NCBI GenBank assembly: GCA_964195835.1 | Contig: CAXMTB010000006.1 | Span: 1 to 44,549, forward strand | DNA: 44,549 bases | Reading direction: 5' to 3' | Source of the DNA: an uncultured Nitrospinaceae bacterium | GTDB lineage: Bacteria; Desulfobacterota; Desulfobacteria; Desulfobacterales; UBA11574 | Shown here: positions 18,416-29,824 of the stretch, in pieces | Numbering within the stretch: position 1 is the first letter of the stretch | Layout of the letters: every line of letters starts with the position of its first letter | Program-made: the position numbers and the translations under genes | The notes under the pieces: model-generated | The model's input: the letters and a program-made list of their open reading frames with translations, nothing else | What the model was told of the DNA's origin: nothing | The model's database searches: none

Positions 18416-18529
18416 TTATCCTTGCCTTTGTTTGTGCCGTTTATTCTCGCAGATGACCCTAACAACTCTTTTTCTGCGAACGATCTTACACTTGGCGCAT
18501 ATTTTCTTAACCGATGCTCTTACTTTCAT
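18416..18529 (-). CDS. rpmJ: 50S ribosomal protein L36 (Zn-ribbon type; not in ORF track)
   Basis: Manual translation: [37 protein letters not shown] (37 aa). Confidence 0.97.
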   Translation of the reverse strand: MKVRASVKKICAKCKIVRRKRVVRVICENKRHKQRQG

Positions 18530-18610
18530 TCAAAATACTCCTTTAAAAGGGTATCAGTCAAAAGAAATTAACTCTCTACAGACAACCTATACACATAACC
18601 GATCATCTTT

Positions 18611-18829
18611 TTATTTTGACCTGTATGTTATTCTTCCACGAGATAGATCATATGGAGAAAGTTCAACCGTAACTTTATCTCCAGGCAATATTTTAATAAA
18701 ATGCATGCGCATTTTACCGGAGATGTGCGCAAGCACCTGGTGCTTATTTTCTAGTTCTACCTTGAACATTGCATTGGGCAATGTCTCGAGCACTACACCT
18801 TCAACTTTAATTGCCTCTTCTTTCGGCAT
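18611..18829 (-). CDS. infA: Translation initiation factor IF-1
   Basis: [12 protein letters not shown]...[19 protein letters not shown]...[13 protein letters not shown]. Confidence 0.98.
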   Translation of the reverse strand: MPKEEAIKVEGVVLETLPNAMFKVELENKHQVLAHISGKMRMHFIKILPGDKVTVELSPYDLSRGRITYRSK

Positions 18830-18858
18830 ATTTGCCCCCTACTTGTTCGCAAAAAGTG

Positions 18859-20184
18859 TTAGAATCTTCCTTTCACTCTGGCCCCGCCCTTTTTTAAAAA
18901 TCCTTCGTAATGTCGGGTCAGCATATGAGATTCTATTTGCTGAATGGTATCGACGGCAACCCCCACAACAATTAAAAGAGCAGTACCACCAAAATAAAAA
19001 GGAACATTAAACTTTGTCATCAAAACAGATGGTAATACGCACACTGCAGAAACATATATAGCCCCACCTAAAGTAATTCGAGTCAAAACCCTATCAATAT
19101 AGTCTGCCGTACGTTTGCCCGGGCGGATGCCTGGAATATATCCACCCTGTTTTTTCATATTATCTGCAACATCGGCAGGATTAAAAGTAATGGCGGTATA
19201 AAAGTAGCAGAAAAAGAATATAAACCCGACATATAAAGTTTCATACGCAATGTTACCCGGCCTCATGGCTGAAGCCACACTCTGCATCCATGGAACTGCA
19301 ATAAAGCTGGCCAATGTTGCCGGAAACATTATAATTGATGAAGCAAAAATCGGTGGTATTACACCTGAGGTATTAACCTTTAGCGGCAGATGAGTGCTTT
19401 GACCACCATACATTTTTCGGCCGACGACTCTTTTGGCATACTGAACCGATATCCGCCGCTGGCCCTGCTCCATATAGATGATGAAAGCGATAACAAGCAC
19501 CATTAGAACAACCAAAATGAGAACGATAAACAACCCCATTTCACCTGTTGAAAGGAGGCGGAATGTATTTCCGGTTGCAGTTGGCATTCGTGCGACAATG
19601 CCGGCGAATATGATAAGAGAAATACCGTTGCCGATACCCCGTTCGGTAATCTGTTCACCCAGCCACATAATAAAGGCCGTCCCCGCCGTTAGGGTCATTA
19701 CTGTCATAAGTCTGAATGCCCATCCGGGTAAAATAACCACCGGGGCTCCACCGGGAGAAGTCATTTGTTCAAGGCCGATACTAATACCGAATCCCTGAAT
19801 TACGCTGAGCAGTATCGTGCCGTAACGGGTGTACTGTGTTATCTTTTTTCTTCCCTGTTCACCCTCTTTAGACAAGCGTTCTAGATGCGGAATTGTCACC
19901 GTTAAAAGTTGAAGTATAATCGATGCACTGATATAGGGCATTATCCCGAGAGCAAAAACAGAAAGCCGCTCTAAAGCGCCACCCGAAAACATATCAAAAA
20001 GACCAAGCAACGTCCCTTTTGCTTGAGCAAAAAAAGAGGCCAGGGCCACAGCGTCTATGCCTGGAGTTGGAACATGAACACCAATACGATAGACAATAAG
20101 GAGTCCTAATGTATATAAAATCCTTTTTTTCAGCTCCGGTATTTTGAATATATTTCCGAACCCGCCACCAAGCATATTAGCCAA
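18859..20184 (-). CDS. secY: Preprotein translocase SecY
   Basis: [47 protein letters not shown]. Confidence 0.98.
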   Translation of the reverse strand: MANMLGGGFGNIFKIPELKKRILYTLGLLIVYRIGVHVPTPGIDAVALASFFAQAKGTLLGLFDMFSGGALERLSVFALGIMPYISASIILQLLTVTIPHLERLSKEGEQGRKKITQYTRYGTILLSVIQGFGISIGLEQMTSPGGAPVVILPGWAFRLMTVMTLTAGTAFIMWLGEQITERGIGNGISLIIFAGIVARMPTATGNTFRLLSTGEMGLFIVLILVVLMVLVIAFIIYMEQGQRRISVQYAKRVVGRKMYGGQSTHLPLKVNTSGVIPPIFASSIIMFPATLASFIAVPWMQSVASAMRPGNIAYETLYVGFIFFFCYFYTAITFNPADVADNMKKQGGYIPGIRPGKRTADYIDRVLTRITLGGAIYVSAVCVLPSVLMTKFNVPFYFGGTALLIVVGVAVDTIQQIESHMLTRHYEGFLKKGGARVKGRF

Positions 20185-20617
20185 CCTCTATATTCCCGCC
20201 AGCGGCAATGATTTTTTCTCTGGCGTTTTTACTGACCCCATTCACCTTGATTGTCAGCGGAATTTTAATCTCTCCTTGTCCGAGCAGTTTAATGCCGTCT
20301 CTTCGGCCTTTAACAAGACCGACTCGAATAAGGGCAGCCTCGTCCACAATACTCCCGCTCTCAAACCTTGCCAGATCACGAATATTAATTACGGCTATTT
20401 TCTTTGCAAATATATTGGTAAAGCCACGTTTGGGTAAACGACGGTGAAGCGGCATTTGACCGCCTTCAAAACCAGGTCTTACACCGCCTCCACTGCGGCT
20501 GTTATGACCTTTTGAACCTCTTCCGGCTGTTTTTCCTTGACCTGATCCCACACCACGTCCTAGACGCTTTCGGGTTCCGCGTGATCCGTCCGGTGGTGAC
20601 AATTCATTCAGTTTCAT
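20177..20617 (-). CDS. rplO: 50S ribosomal protein L15
   Basis: [34 protein letters not shown]. Confidence 0.98.
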   Translation of the reverse strand: MKLNELSPPDGSRGTRKRLGRGVGSGQGKTAGRGSKGHNSRSGGGVRPGFEGGQMPLHRRLPKRGFTNIFAKKIAVINIRDLARFESGSIVDEAALIRVGLVKGRRDGIKLLGQGEIKIPLTIKVNGVSKNAREKIIAAGGNIEVG

Positions 20618-20801
20618 CTATTTTTTCCTCGACTTTCACCAGATGCGAAACCGCGTGGACCATCCCTCGAATAGAAGGCATATCTTTAAGTTCAACCGTT
20701 CTATTAATCTTTGTCAGTCCCATGCCTCGCAACACCTTCCGGTGTTTTTCGGGCCTTCCAATCATGCTTTTCACAAGAGTTATTTTCAACATTCCACTCA
20801 T
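20604..20801 (-). CDS. rpmD: 50S ribosomal protein L30
   Basis: [12 protein letters not shown]...[15 protein letters not shown]. Confidence 0.96.
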   Translation of the reverse strand: MSGMLKITLVKSMIGRPEKHRKVLRGMGLTKINRTVELKDMPSIRGMVHAVSHLVKVEEKIDETE

Positions 20802-20905
20802 TTATTATTCCTCACCATTAACTATTGCCGATGGCCAATTTGATTGCCCTGGATCTTATAATCTACAGCTTATCGTCATCAATTCTAATTCTTAAATCTT
20901 CAATC

Positions 20906-21400
20906 CTAAAGGGCTTCTACTTCAATATTTCGCCTGGCAGCAACCTGTTCGCGACTCTGCAATCGAGAAAGACCTTCAATGGTGGCCTTAACGACATTGT
21001 GAGGATTATGCGACCCCATACACTTTGTCAGAATATTCTGAACACCTGCGGCTTCCAGCACAGCTCGAACAGCTCCGCCTGCGATAAGGCCGGTACCTTT
21101 GGAAGCAGGTTTTAACAGAACGCGGCCGGCACCATATTTTCCGATAACGATATAAGGTATCGTCTCATTAACCAAAGCTATTTTGACCATGTTCTTTTTA
21201 GCTTTCTCTATACCTTTGCGAATTGCTTCGGGTACTTCACCGGCCTTTCCAAGTCCGTAGCCAACGCTTCCTTCACCATCACCAACCACAACGATTGCGC
21301 TGAAGCTGAACCTGCGTCCTCCCTTGACAACCTTTGCAACACGGTTAATGAAAACAACCTTATCAATTAACTGATTTTCGCCTTTATCCTGTTTGAACAA
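20906..21400 (-). CDS. rpsE: 30S ribosomal protein S5
   Basis: [36 protein letters not shown]. Confidence 0.98.
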   Translation of the reverse strand: MFKQDKGENQLIDKVVFINRVAKVVKGGRRFSFSAIVVVGDGEGSVGYGLGKAGEVPEAIRKGIEKAKKNMVKIALVNETIPYIVIGKYGAGRVLLKPASKGTGLIAGGAVRAVLEAAGVQNILTKCMGSHNPHNVVKATIEGLSRLQSREQVAARRNIEVEAL

Positions 21401-21494
21401 AAATCTGCCTCCTTCATCATGGATGACTCAAACCATATGTCATCAAGCGTTACTAAACTATGTAACTTCAATTAGGCACCATTAGCATTAAAGT

Positions 21495-21863
21495 CTAAAA
21501 ATCCAAACCCGTCTCACGGGCACCATCTGAAACAGCTTTAACTCGACCGTGATATAAAAAACCATTTCGGTCAAAAACAACCTTGCTTATACCCTTTTTT
21601 ATGGCCCTCTCAGCGATAAGTTTCCCGACAAAATCTGCCACGGCAACTTTATTCTCAAATTCAGGGTGTTCTTTTACTACTTTTTCCATACTTGATGCAG
21701 CCACCAGAGTACGTCCATACGTATCATCAACGACTTGAGCGTAGATATGTTTTGAGCTTCGAAAAACACTCAGTCTAGGACGTTCCTGTGTGCCGACCAG
21801 ATTTTTTCTGATCCTCTTTTTTCTCTTTAAGCGTGCTCTTTTTTTAAAATTCAATGATCCCAT
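21495..21863 (-). CDS. rplR: 50S ribosomal protein L18
   Basis: RPRLSVFRSSKHIYAQ, VFDRNGFLYHGRV. Confidence 0.98.
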   Translation of the reverse strand: MGSLNFKKRARLKRKKRIRKNLVGTQERPRLSVFRSSKHIYAQVVDDTYGRTLVAASSMEKVVKEHPEFENKVAVADFVGKLIAERAIKKGISKVVFDRNGFLYHGRVKAVSDGARETGLDF

Positions 21864-21874
21864 ATTCTATAACC

Positions 21875-22420
21875 TTATAATGCTTTGGCTCCAGCTTTCC
21901 CAGCCTTGCGCTGAATACGTTCCTCAGCATATTTTATTCCCTTACCCTTATAGCATTCGGGCGGCCTCAATCTCCGAATAGATGCAGCGGTATGACCTAA
22001 CAACTCTTTATCTATACCGGTCAATCTTATAACGTTTTTTTTGTCAATGGATGCTGAGATACCTTCGGGAAGATCAAATTTAACAGGATGTGAATATCCA
22101 AGATTAAATTCGATACAGTTACCACTAAGCACTGCACGATAGCCGATACCATTTATTTCAAGAACTCTTTCAAATCCTTTGCTCACACCTATAACCATAT
22201 TGGCGACAAGGCTGCGCGTCAATCCTCGAAAAGCCCCACTGGTCCTGTCATCTTTAACAACGCCCACCCTTATCATTCCATCTTCTATCTTTAAATCAAC
22301 TGCCGGATGAACTGATCTTGTAAGGGTCCCCTTTTCACCCTGCACAGTAACAATTCTGTCCTTATATGTTATTTTGGTCTTATCAGGTATACTTATCGGT
22401 GCTTTTCCTACTCTTGACAT
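21875..22420 (-). CDS. rplF: 50S ribosomal protein L6
   Basis: MSRVGK, GIGYRA, LGYSHP, YKGKGIKY. Confidence 0.98.
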   Translation of the reverse strand: MSRVGKAPISIPDKTKITYKDRIVTVQGEKGTLTRSVHPAVDLKIEDGMIRVGVVKDDRTSGAFRGLTRSLVANMVIGVSKGFERVLEINGIGYRAVLSGNCIEFNLGYSHPVKFDLPEGISASIDKKNVIRLTGIDKELLGHTAASIRRLRPPECYKGKGIKYAEERIQRKAGKAGAKAL

Positions 22421-22480
22421 TGATTACTTCCTTATCGGTAATTCATTATTTTAATCATCTATCAATGACGAGTGATAAAC

Positions 22481-22876
22481 TTACCAAATAGTGCAGAGAA
22501 TTTCTCCCCCCACATTTTTAGCTCTGGCCTTCTTATCCGTCATTATTCCTGTTGAGGTTGATAAAATTGAAATACCCATTCCGTTCAAAACCGGTTTTAC
22601 ATCCTTGCTCTTGGCATAAACACGTCTACTGGGTTTGCTGACGCGTTCGAGGCCATAAATTGCGTGGATCTCTTTTTCATCATATTTAAGATAAACACGT
22701 AAGATGCCTTGCTTCTTATCTTTAATGAACTTGTAATTTCTTATAAAACCTTCATCTTTTAATACCCGGGCCAATTCCATTTTTAATTTTGCCCCTGGAA
22801 TGTCGACACTATTGAATTTTGCCTTTCCGGCGTTTCTTATTCTGGTCAGCATGTCAGCAATTGGATCGCTCATCAC
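22481..22876 (-). CDS. rpsH: 30S ribosomal protein S8
   Basis: DPIADMLTRIRNA, SKPSRRVY, GGEILC. Exact start uncertain (ATA 22879, GTG 22876 or ATG 22873). Confidence 0.97.
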   Translation of the reverse strand: MMSDPIADMLTRIRNAGKAKFNSVDIPGAKLKMELARVLKDEGFIRNYKFIKDKKQGILRVYLKYDEKEIHAIYGLERVSKPSRRVYAKSKDVKPVLNGMGISILSTSTGIMTDKKARAKNVGGEILCTIW

Positions 22877-22973
22877 TATAAATTTCTCCGTTATTAATTT
22901 GATTCTTTAAGCTATTATGCCTAATTTCTCAGTATAAATACAATTTGAGTACACCTAAGCCGGTTTTAAGCAA

Positions 22974-23159
22974 TCACCAGCTTGATTTCACTACACCCGG
23001 AAGCTTTCCTTGGGAGGCGAGATTTCGAAAACAAATACGACAAATTCCAAATTTTCTTAAAAATGCCCTTGGCCTGCCGCAAATGGGGCACCGGTTGTAT
23101 GTTCTCACTTTGAACTTGGGTTTTCTAACTGCTTTTATTTTAAGAGATGTTTTTGCCAA
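22974..23159 (-). CDS. rpsN: 30S ribosomal protein S14, type Z (Zn-binding)
   Basis: TTG start at 23159 after GGAGG; RCPICGR...CRICFR; 61 aa. Confidence 0.96.
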   Translation of the reverse strand: MAKTSLKIKAVRKPKFKVRTYNRCPICGRPRAFLRKFGICRICFRNLASQGKLPGVVKSSW

Positions 23160-23205
23160 ATCTTCCTCCATATTTGATTGACTATCGATACTCGCTGCTT
23201 ATTCT

Positions 23206-23745
23206 TCAATTCCTGAACGGCATACCCATTAATTTTAGAAGTTCTTTCCCCTCTTCATCCGTCTTTGCAGATGTAACTACCGTAATGTTAAGACCTTGGA
23301 TTTTATCAATTTTATCGTATTCGATTTCTGGAAAAATAATGTGCTCTTTAATTCCCAACGTATAATTTCCATGACGATCAAGTGCTTTTCCCGAAAGACC
23401 TCTAAAATCACGAACACGCGGTAGCGCTATATTCACCAATTTATAATAAAAATCATACATACGTTTATGACGAAGTGTAACCCTACAGCCTATAGGCATT
23501 CCTTCCCTCAACTTAAACGCAGCTATGGACTTTCTAGCACGAGTGACAACCGGTTGCTGACCTGATATGATTTTTAGTTCTTCCAAGGCTGAATCAAGGA
23601 GTTTGATGTTATGAATCGCTTCGCCAATTCCCATATTCAATACTATCTTCTCGAGCTTTGGAACCTGCATGATGTTATCGTATTTAAAGGTTTCCAACAA
23701 CTTGGGAACGACTTCTTTATGATAATACAGTTTTAATTGTGACAT
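23206..23745 (-). CDS. rplE: 50S ribosomal protein L5
   Basis: [30 protein letters not shown]. Confidence 0.98.
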   Translation of the reverse strand: MSQLKLYYHKEVVPKLLETFKYDNIMQVPKLEKIVLNMGIGEAIHNIKLLDSALEELKIISGQQPVVTRARKSIAAFKLREGMPIGCRVTLRHKRMYDFYYKLVNIALPRVRDFRGLSGKALDRHGNYTLGIKEHIIFPEIEYDKIDKIQGLNITVVTSAKTDEEGKELLKLMGMPFRN

Positions 23746-23767
23746 TCAATCCCTCCGACACACGACC

Positions 23768-24097
23768 CTAAGAATCTATAATTTCATTGCATTTACTGCA
23801 AACACGTATCTTTTTCCCATCCTCAAGACGATTCATTTTGATTCTTACGGGTGTAACACATTTGCTGCACATCAACATGACATTGGACCAATGGATCGGC
23901 GATTCACTCTCAATGATTCCGCCCTGCCTGTTCTTTGCACTGGCCCGGGCATGTTTTTTCATCATATTGATATTTTCAATAATGATTCTGCTATTCTTTC
24001 TTTTTAAGCTAAGAACTTTGCCGATTTTACCCTTATCCTTGCCGGCGATAACCTTTACTTTGTCGTCTTTTTTTATGTGACATTTATTTTTTATCAT
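23768..24097 (-). CDS. rplX: 50S ribosomal protein L24
   Basis: KOW motif IKKDDKVKVIAGKDKGKIG; PIHWSNV. Confidence 0.97.
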   Translation of the reverse strand: MIKNKCHIKKDDKVKVIAGKDKGKIGKVLSLKRKNSRIIIENINMMKKHARASAKNRQGGIIESESPIHWSNVMLMCSKCVTPVRIKMNRLEDGKKIRVCSKCNEIIDS

Positions 24098-24123
24098 GAA
24101 TCAATTCTCCACAAGGCCTTTAA

Positions 24124-24492
24124 CTATAATACCTCAGGGGCAAGTGATATAATTTTCATAAATCTTTTGGCTCTGAGTTCTCTCGCTACCGGTCCGAATA
24201 TCCGCGTCCCGATGGGTTCCCTGTTCTGCGTAATTAAAACAGCCGAATTATCATCAAATCGTATGTATGATCCATCCGGTCTTCGAATCTCCTTTTTGGT
24301 TCGAACCACAACAGCCTTCAAAACATCCCCTTTTTTGACCTTGGTATTCGGTATGGCTTCTTTTACAGATACAACAATGATATCACCGATACTTGCATAC
24401 CTTCTTCGCGAACCCCCAAGAACTTTTATGCAGTATAATATCTTGGCTCCAGAATTGTCTGCCACAGTCAATCTTGTCTCCGCCTGAATCAT
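24124..24492 (-). CDS. rplN: 50S ribosomal protein L14
   Basis: [30 protein letters not shown]. Confidence 0.98.
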   Translation of the reverse strand: MIQAETRLTVADNSGAKILYCIKVLGGSRRRYASIGDIIVVSVKEAIPNTKVKKGDVLKAVVVRTKKEIRRPDGSYIRFDDNSAVLITQNREPIGTRIFGPVARELRAKRFMKIISLAPEVL

Positions 24493-24644
24493 CTTTTTTA
24501 CTTTCCTTATATAAAAATGAATTTATAAAATAAATTCATCATACTTTAGGTTTTTATCTTCAACTCTTTTTATAGTCCCTTAAAACCTAAAACGTTCGTA
24601 AAAAGTCATGTTTTTTGAAGTGTTAAGAAACCGTCGTTTAACAA

Positions 24645-24902
24645 TCAAACCGCTTTTTCGACAATTTCTCTAACACGCCATTTCTTGGTTTTGCTAATTG
24701 GACTGGACTGGATGATCAACACTTTGTCGCCAATACGAGAAGCATTATTTTCATCATGAGCTGCAAATTTGGCACGTCTTCTAATATACTTTTTATAAAT
24801 TCTATGCTTAACCAGTCTCTCAACCAGGACAACTACGGTCTTGTCCATCTTGTCGCTTACAACAGTCCCAACCATCTCTCTTTTCAATAATCTTTTCTTC
24901 AT
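24645..24902 (-). CDS. rpsQ: 30S ribosomal protein S17
   Basis: GTVVSDKMDKTVVV, AHDENN, PISKTKKW; likely ATG start 24902. Confidence 0.96.
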   Translation of the reverse strand: MKKRLLKREMVGTVVSDKMDKTVVVLVERLVKHRIYKKYIRRRAKFAAHDENNASRIGDKVLIIQSSPISKTKKWRVREIVEKAV

Positions 24903-24915
24903 TGCAATAATTATT

Positions 24916-25119
24916 TTAACCCGCCTCGTTATTAAATTCAAATTGTTTTATTAAGGTTTTCACCCTGGCAATATCGCGTTTAGTTTGCTTCATCTTCTGT
25001 GGATTTTCGAGCTGGCCGGTTTCATGCTGAAAGCGCAGGTTAAATAATCCCTCTTTAAGATCATCCAGTTTTCGGAGCATTTCTTCCATGCTCAGATCTT
25101 TAATCTCACTCGCTTTCAT
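24916..25119 (-). CDS. rpmC: 50S ribosomal protein L29
   Basis: LFNLRFQHETGQLENP...RDIARVKT. Confidence 0.97.
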   Translation of the reverse strand: MKASEIKDLSMEEMLRKLDDLKEGLFNLRFQHETGQLENPQKMKQTKRDIARVKTLIKQFEFNNEAG

Positions 25120-25532
25120 TACAAATCACCCCTCTCTATAAACCTTGTCTTTACAGAAAGCTTATGTGAGGCAAGCCGAAGCGCTTCTTTGGCCAAGTCT
25201 CTGGTAACACCTTCCATTTCATAGAGGACTCTTCCGGGGCGAACGACGGCCACCCATCCTTCAGGAGATCCTTTCCCTTTTCCCATTCTGACTTCAGCAG
25301 GCTTTTTCGTAAACGGTTTATCCGGAAATATCCTTATCCACATCTTTCCGCCTCTTTTCACATGCCGTGTCATTGCGATACGTGCGGCCTCAATCTGCTT
25401 TGAACTGATTGTCCCGCACTCCACTGCCTGCAATCCAAATTCACCGTGATCGAGATTACATCCCCGATATGAAATCCCTCTCATCCTGCCTTTTTGCTGT
25501 TTTCGAAATTTTACCTTCTTTGGACTAAGCAT
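25119..25532 (-). CDS. rplP: 50S ribosomal protein L16
   Basis: [31 protein letters not shown]. Confidence 0.98.
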   Translation of the reverse strand: MLSPKKVKFRKQQKGRMRGISYRGCNLDHGEFGLQAVECGTISSKQIEAARIAMTRHVKRGGKMWIRIFPDKPFTKKPAEVRMGKGKGSPEGWVAVVRPGRVLYEMEGVTRDLAKEALRLASHKLSVKTRFIERGDL

Positions 25533-25607
25533 CTCCTATATCTCCACTACGACTTTTCTTGGTACCAAATAAAAGTCAAAAAGTAGCTTTTTTACAACGA
25601 TCCAGAC

Positions 25608-26258
25608 CTAACCACCAATCGCCACCTTATCTTTTTTTAAAATTTCTCCTTTAAAAATAAACACCTTTATACCGACAATTCCGTATGTTGTGCGAGCTTC
25701 TATAAAACCGTAGTCTATATCCGCCCTTAAAGTATGCAAGGGTATTCGGCCCTCTCTATACTGTTCGGTCCGCGCCATTTCGGCCCCGCCCAACCGGCCT
25801 GAACATATAATTTTTATACCCTCGGCACCAAACCGCATCGCGGATGAAATTCCGCGCTTCATGGCACGTCGAAATGCAACCCTCCGTACAATCTGAAGTG
25901 CTATATTTTCAGCGACAAGCTGGGCATCAAGCTCGGGTTTTCTGACTTCCTGGATATCGATAATGATTTCATGTGAAACAATTTTTTCAAGTTCTTTTTT
26001 GAGTAACGCTATTTCAGATCCCTTCTTCCCGATGACAATTCCGGGCCTGGATGTAAATACACGGAGCTTGACTCGCTTGGCCGATCTTTCAATCTCAACC
26101 CTTGAAATACCTGCATGGTATAGCTTCTTTTTTATAAACTTCCTTATATTATAATCTTCTAGAATATAATCAGCATAATTTTTTCCAGCATACCACCGAG
26201 ATTCCCAGGTTTTAACAATACCCAGTCTCAAACTAATAGGATTTACTTTCTGGCCCAA
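25608..26258 (-). CDS. rpsC: 30S ribosomal protein S3
   Basis: [38 protein letters not shown]. Confidence 0.98.
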   Translation of the reverse strand: MGQKVNPISLRLGIVKTWESRWYAGKNYADYILEDYNIRKFIKKKLYHAGISRVEIERSAKRVKLRVFTSRPGIVIGKKGSEIALLKKELEKIVSHEIIIDIQEVRKPELDAQLVAENIALQIVRRVAFRRAMKRGISSAMRFGAEGIKIICSGRLGGAEMARTEQYREGRIPLHTLRADIDYGFIEARTTYGIVGIKVFIFKGEILKKDKVAIGG

Positions 26259-26279
26259 GCTGTTACCTCCTTTTTAGAT

Positions 26280-26612
26280 CTAACCTTCAGATAGAATTAC
26301 CGTTATATGGGCGGTCCTTTTTAATATACGTGTGCCTCTGCCGCGCGCTCTGGCTTTGAAACGCTTCAACGTTGGCCCCTGGTCCGCCGTAATATTATGA
26401 ATAACCAGAGAATCGACATCCATATCCGGATATTGACCAGCATTTGCCACAGCGCTTCTGACTATTTTTTCAACGATTGATGCTGCCTTCTGCGGCATAA
26501 ATTTGAGCATGTTCAGGCCCTCTTCTACGGGTTTTCCCTTAACACCATCAATCAATTTGCGAACTTTCTGAGGAGAAATGCGAATATATTTTGCTACAGC
26601 TCTAACTTCCAT
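26280..26612 (-). CDS. rplV: 50S ribosomal protein L22
   Basis: [31 protein letters not shown]; ATG start 26612. Confidence 0.97.
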   Translation of the reverse strand: MEVRAVAKYIRISPQKVRKLIDGVKGKPVEEGLNMLKFMPQKAASIVEKIVRSAVANAGQYPDMDVDSLVIHNITADQGPTLKRFKARARGRGTRILKRTAHITVILSEG

Positions 26613-26638
26613 TACAAACACTTCCTTTTCTACCAGCT

Positions 26639-26920
26639 TTAACGCTTTAATCTTGATTTTTTATCAGCAGCATGACCATAAAACGTCCGAGTCGGTGAAA
26701 ATTCACCGAGCTTATGTCCTACCATGTCCTCTGTTACAAATACGGGAACAAACTTTCTTCCATTATGAACCGCCAGGGTAATACCCACCATCTCAGGAAT
26801 TATTGTCGACCTTCTGGACCATGTCTTAATCACTCGGCTGCTCCGGGTCTCCTGGGTGATACGTACTTTCTTATACAGTTTTTGATCAACAAACGGACCT
26901 TTTTTCAACGATCGTGGCAT
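26639..26920 (-). CDS. rpsS: 30S ribosomal protein S19
   Basis: [28 protein letters not shown]. Confidence 0.98.
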   Translation of the reverse strand: MPRSLKKGPFVDQKLYKKVRITQETRSSRVIKTWSRRSTIIPEMVGITLAVHNGRKFVPVFVTEDMVGHKLGEFSPTRTFYGHAADKKSRLKR

Positions 26921-26931
26921 AACTTCTCCTG

Positions 26932-27759
26932 CTATTTCTTCGTACGCTTTTTAATAATATAGCGATTGCTTTTTCTTGTTTTGCGCGTTTTAAAACCCTT
27001 TGCCGGCATACCCCAAGGGCTGCATGGATGTCGTCCGCCGGAAGATCTTCCCTCACCGCCGCCCATTGGATGGTCAACCGGATTCATGGCAACACCTCTA
27101 ACCTTGGGACGTCTGCCGAGCCATCGTTTGCGTCCTGCTTTACCAAGAGATATATTCTCGTGGATCACGTTTCCAAGCTGACCGATGGTAGCCTTGCAGT
27201 TTGAAAGGACCATTCGGACTTCCCCGGATGGAAGTTTTATAAGCGCATAGCGTTCTTCCTTTGCCATTAACTGGGCGTATGTTCCGGCGCTTCTTACAAT
27301 CTGTCCACCCTTTCCGATACGCAATTCAATGTTATGAATATGTGTTCCAAGGGGAATTTTGCTAAGGGGTAATGTATTGCCGGGTTTTATATCTGCTTCA
27401 GGTCCTGAAATCACGGTGTCGCCAACCCGAAGATTCACCGGTGCCAGTATGTATCGCTTTTCACCATCAGCATAGTAGAGAAGTGCAATCCGTGCAGATC
27501 GATTCGGGTCATACTCGATAGTAGCCACTCTGGCGGGAATCCCTATTTTATCTCTTTTAAAATCGATAACCCTGTAATGCCGTTTATGACCGCCCCCGCG
27601 ATGTCTGCACGTAATACGTCCGTAGGAGTTACGACCTCCTTTTTTCCTAAGTACCTTTAAGAGACTCTTTTCAGGAGTAGTGCTAGTAATTTCATCAAAT
27701 GTCGAATATGATTGAGCACGCCTCCCGGCAGATGTAGGCTTTACTTTTTTAACACCCAT
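26932..27759 (-). CDS. rplB: 50S ribosomal protein L2
   Basis: [29 protein letters not shown]. Confidence 0.98.
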   Translation of the reverse strand: MGVKKVKPTSAGRRAQSYSTFDEITSTTPEKSLLKVLRKKGGRNSYGRITCRHRGGGHKRHYRVIDFKRDKIGIPARVATIEYDPNRSARIALLYYADGEKRYILAPVNLRVGDTVISGPEADIKPGNTLPLSKIPLGTHIHNIELRIGKGGQIVRSAGTYAQLMAKEERYALIKLPSGEVRMVLSNCKATIGQLGNVIHENISLGKAGRKRWLGRRPKVRGVAMNPVDHPMGGGEGRSSGGRHPCSPWGMPAKGFKTRKTRKSNRYIIKKRTKK

Positions 27760-27771
27760 TCCTTACCCCTT

Positions 27772-28059
27772 TTATACTCCCTCAAAAAAATCGATGCGCT
27801 CACCGGGCATCAATCTGACGATCGCTTTCTTCCAGTCCCTGCGTTTTCCTGTAATTCGACCTCTTTGTTTGATCTTGCCCTTGACCTGTATTGTTCTTAC
27901 CGCATCAACCTTGACATTAAAAAGATTCTCGACAGCTTTTTTAATCTCAACTCTGTTCGCCCTGCGATCGACTTCGAATGTAATCTGATTATAGCTCTCT
28001 TTTTGAATATTGGTTTTTTCAGTAACCAAAGGCCGTTTAATTAAATCATGCGGAATCAT
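27772..28059 (-). CDS. rplW: 50S ribosomal protein L23
   Basis: [26 protein letters not shown]. Confidence 0.97.
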   Translation of the reverse strand: MIPHDLIKRPLVTEKTNIQKESYNQITFEVDRRANRVEIKKAVENLFNVKVDAVRTIQVKGKIKQRGRITGKRRDWKKAIVRLMPGERIDFFEGV

Positions 28060-28679
28060 TCAAGCAGCCTCCCTTCAATGGACTTTATCGAAGACTCAAG
28101 CAAAACAACATTCTTATATTTAAGAATGTCATATACGTTCATTCCTTCCACTCTTAATACTTTTACTCCGGGAACATTTCTGGAAGACAGCTCGAGATTC
28201 TCATTCTTTTTTTCGGTGATAATCAATGCATTTTTTATGTTTAATACATCCATAACCGCGGAGAATTCTTTGGTCTTAATCTTATCGAGATCAAACTCGT
28301 CAATCACAATAAGGTTGTCTTCTTTAAACTTTGTGCTCAAAGCCATCTTAAGTGCCAGTCTTTTTACCTTTTTGGGGACCTTGTACGAATAGGATCTGGG
28401 ATCAGGTCCAAACACAGAGCCTCCGCCTCTTAACAGGGGTGATTTAATATCACCACGGCGTGCACGACCGGTTCCTTTCTGTCTAAAAAGTTTTCTTCGA
28501 CTTCCCCTTACATCGCTGCGATGCTTTACGGAAGCGGAACCTGCACGTCTATTTGCAAGTTGCATGGTTACAACTTCATGCAGTATACTCGACTTAACGG
28601 GAATCTTGAAAATGTTGTCTTCAAGTTCAACCTGTGAAACTTTTTCTGCTTTACTATTTATAACATCTACAACAGCCAT
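28056..28679 (-). CDS. rplD: 50S ribosomal protein L4
   Basis: [20 protein letters not shown]. Confidence 0.98.
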   Translation of the reverse strand: MAVVDVINSKAEKVSQVELEDNIFKIPVKSSILHEVVTMQLANRRAGSASVKHRSDVRGSRRKLFRQKGTGRARRGDIKSPLLRGGGSVFGPDPRSYSYKVPKKVKRLALKMALSTKFKEDNLIVIDEFDLDKIKTKEFSAVMDVLNIKNALIITEKKNENLELSSRNVPGVKVLRVEGMNVYDILKYKNVVLLESSIKSIEGRLLE

Positions 28680-28810
28680 ATCATTAATATCTCAAGATTT
28701 CTTTAATTTATTTTATCGTCCAATTCTTCCAAACGGGCTTAGGTATCTTTAATTTTATATCCGGCTAAAAGCGGGATATGGGTGGATTCAGGCTCAATAG
28801 GAAAAAACCA

Positions 28811-29446
28811 TCATTTTTTAGCGATTTTGAGTTTCTTGATTTCAACAATACCGTTTCTTGAACCCGGAATTGCACCTTTTATCAGAATAAGATTTTCTTC
28901 CGGCCTAATGTCTACAATTTCCAGATTTCGAATTGTTTTTCTAGCATTCCCATGTTGACCCGGCATTTTTTTGCCCTTAATAACCTTTCCAGGCCACGCA
29001 CTGCAACCGATGGATCCTGGTATTCTGTGGCTGTGACTACCATGAGTTTTCTTGCCGCCATGGAACCCATGACGTTTAATAACACCGGAAAAACCCTTTC
29101 CTTTGGACGTTCCGGTAACTTCAATGTATTCTCCAATATTGAAAATATCTATATTTATTGTCTGACCAAGCCCGTATTCACCTGGATCATTCACGTAAAC
29201 TTCACGCAGAAATGCAAAACGCGTTTCACCACTTTTTTTGAGATGACCTTCCAACGCTTTGTTTACACGAGATTTCTTTTTCTCGCCAAAACCAAGCTGA
29301 AGTGCATTATATCCGTCGGTGGTGACGGTCTTTATCTGGGTAACCACACATGGGCCAAGCTGAATGGCTGTCACCGGAATATATTTACCTTCGGAAGTGA
29401 ACAGACCCGTCATTCCCAATTTTTTTCCTATCAATCCATTACACAT
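28811..29446 (-). CDS. rplC: 50S ribosomal protein L3
   Basis: GKKLGMT, DGYNALQLG, SKGKGFSGVIKRHGF, PGSIG. Confidence 0.98.
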   Translation of the reverse strand: MCNGLIGKKLGMTGLFTSEGKYIPVTAIQLGPCVVTQIKTVTTDGYNALQLGFGEKKKSRVNKALEGHLKKSGETRFAFLREVYVNDPGEYGLGQTINIDIFNIGEYIEVTGTSKGKGFSGVIKRHGFHGGKKTHGSHSHRIPGSIGCSAWPGKVIKGKKMPGQHGNARKTIRNLEIVDIRPEENLILIKGAIPGSRNGIVEIKKLKIAKK

Positions 29447-29497
29447 TACTATTTCTTTATCCCTTTGTCGCTTTTAGGAAACGACCTTTATTAAATG

Positions 29498-29812
29498 CTA
29501 CAGTTTTATCTCAACATCTACGCCAGGAGAAAGATCCAGCTTCATCAAAGCGTCAACAGTTTGTTGAGTCGGCTCCAGAATATCGAGAAGCCGTTTGTGT
29601 GTTCTGATTTCAAACTGTTCTCGAGATTTCTTGTCTACATGAGGAGATCGAAGAACACAATATTTGTTGATTTTTGTTGGAAGTGGTATTGGTCCGACGA
29701 CCTTTGCTCCGGTTTTATTGGCCGTATCGACAATATCTCCAACAGATTGATCCAGAAGTTTATGGTCATATGCCTTAAGCCTGATCCTGATTTTAGTATT
29801 CATTATCATCAT
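29498..29812 (-). CDS. rpsJ: 30S ribosomal protein S10
   Basis: [31 protein letters not shown]. Confidence 0.98.
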   Translation of the reverse strand: MMIMNTKIRIRLKAYDHKLLDQSVGDIVDTANKTGAKVVGPIPLPTKINKYCVLRSPHVDKKSREQFEIRTHKRLLDILEPTQQTVDALMKLDLSPGVDVEIKL

Positions 29813-29824
29813 TCTCGTTTCTTT

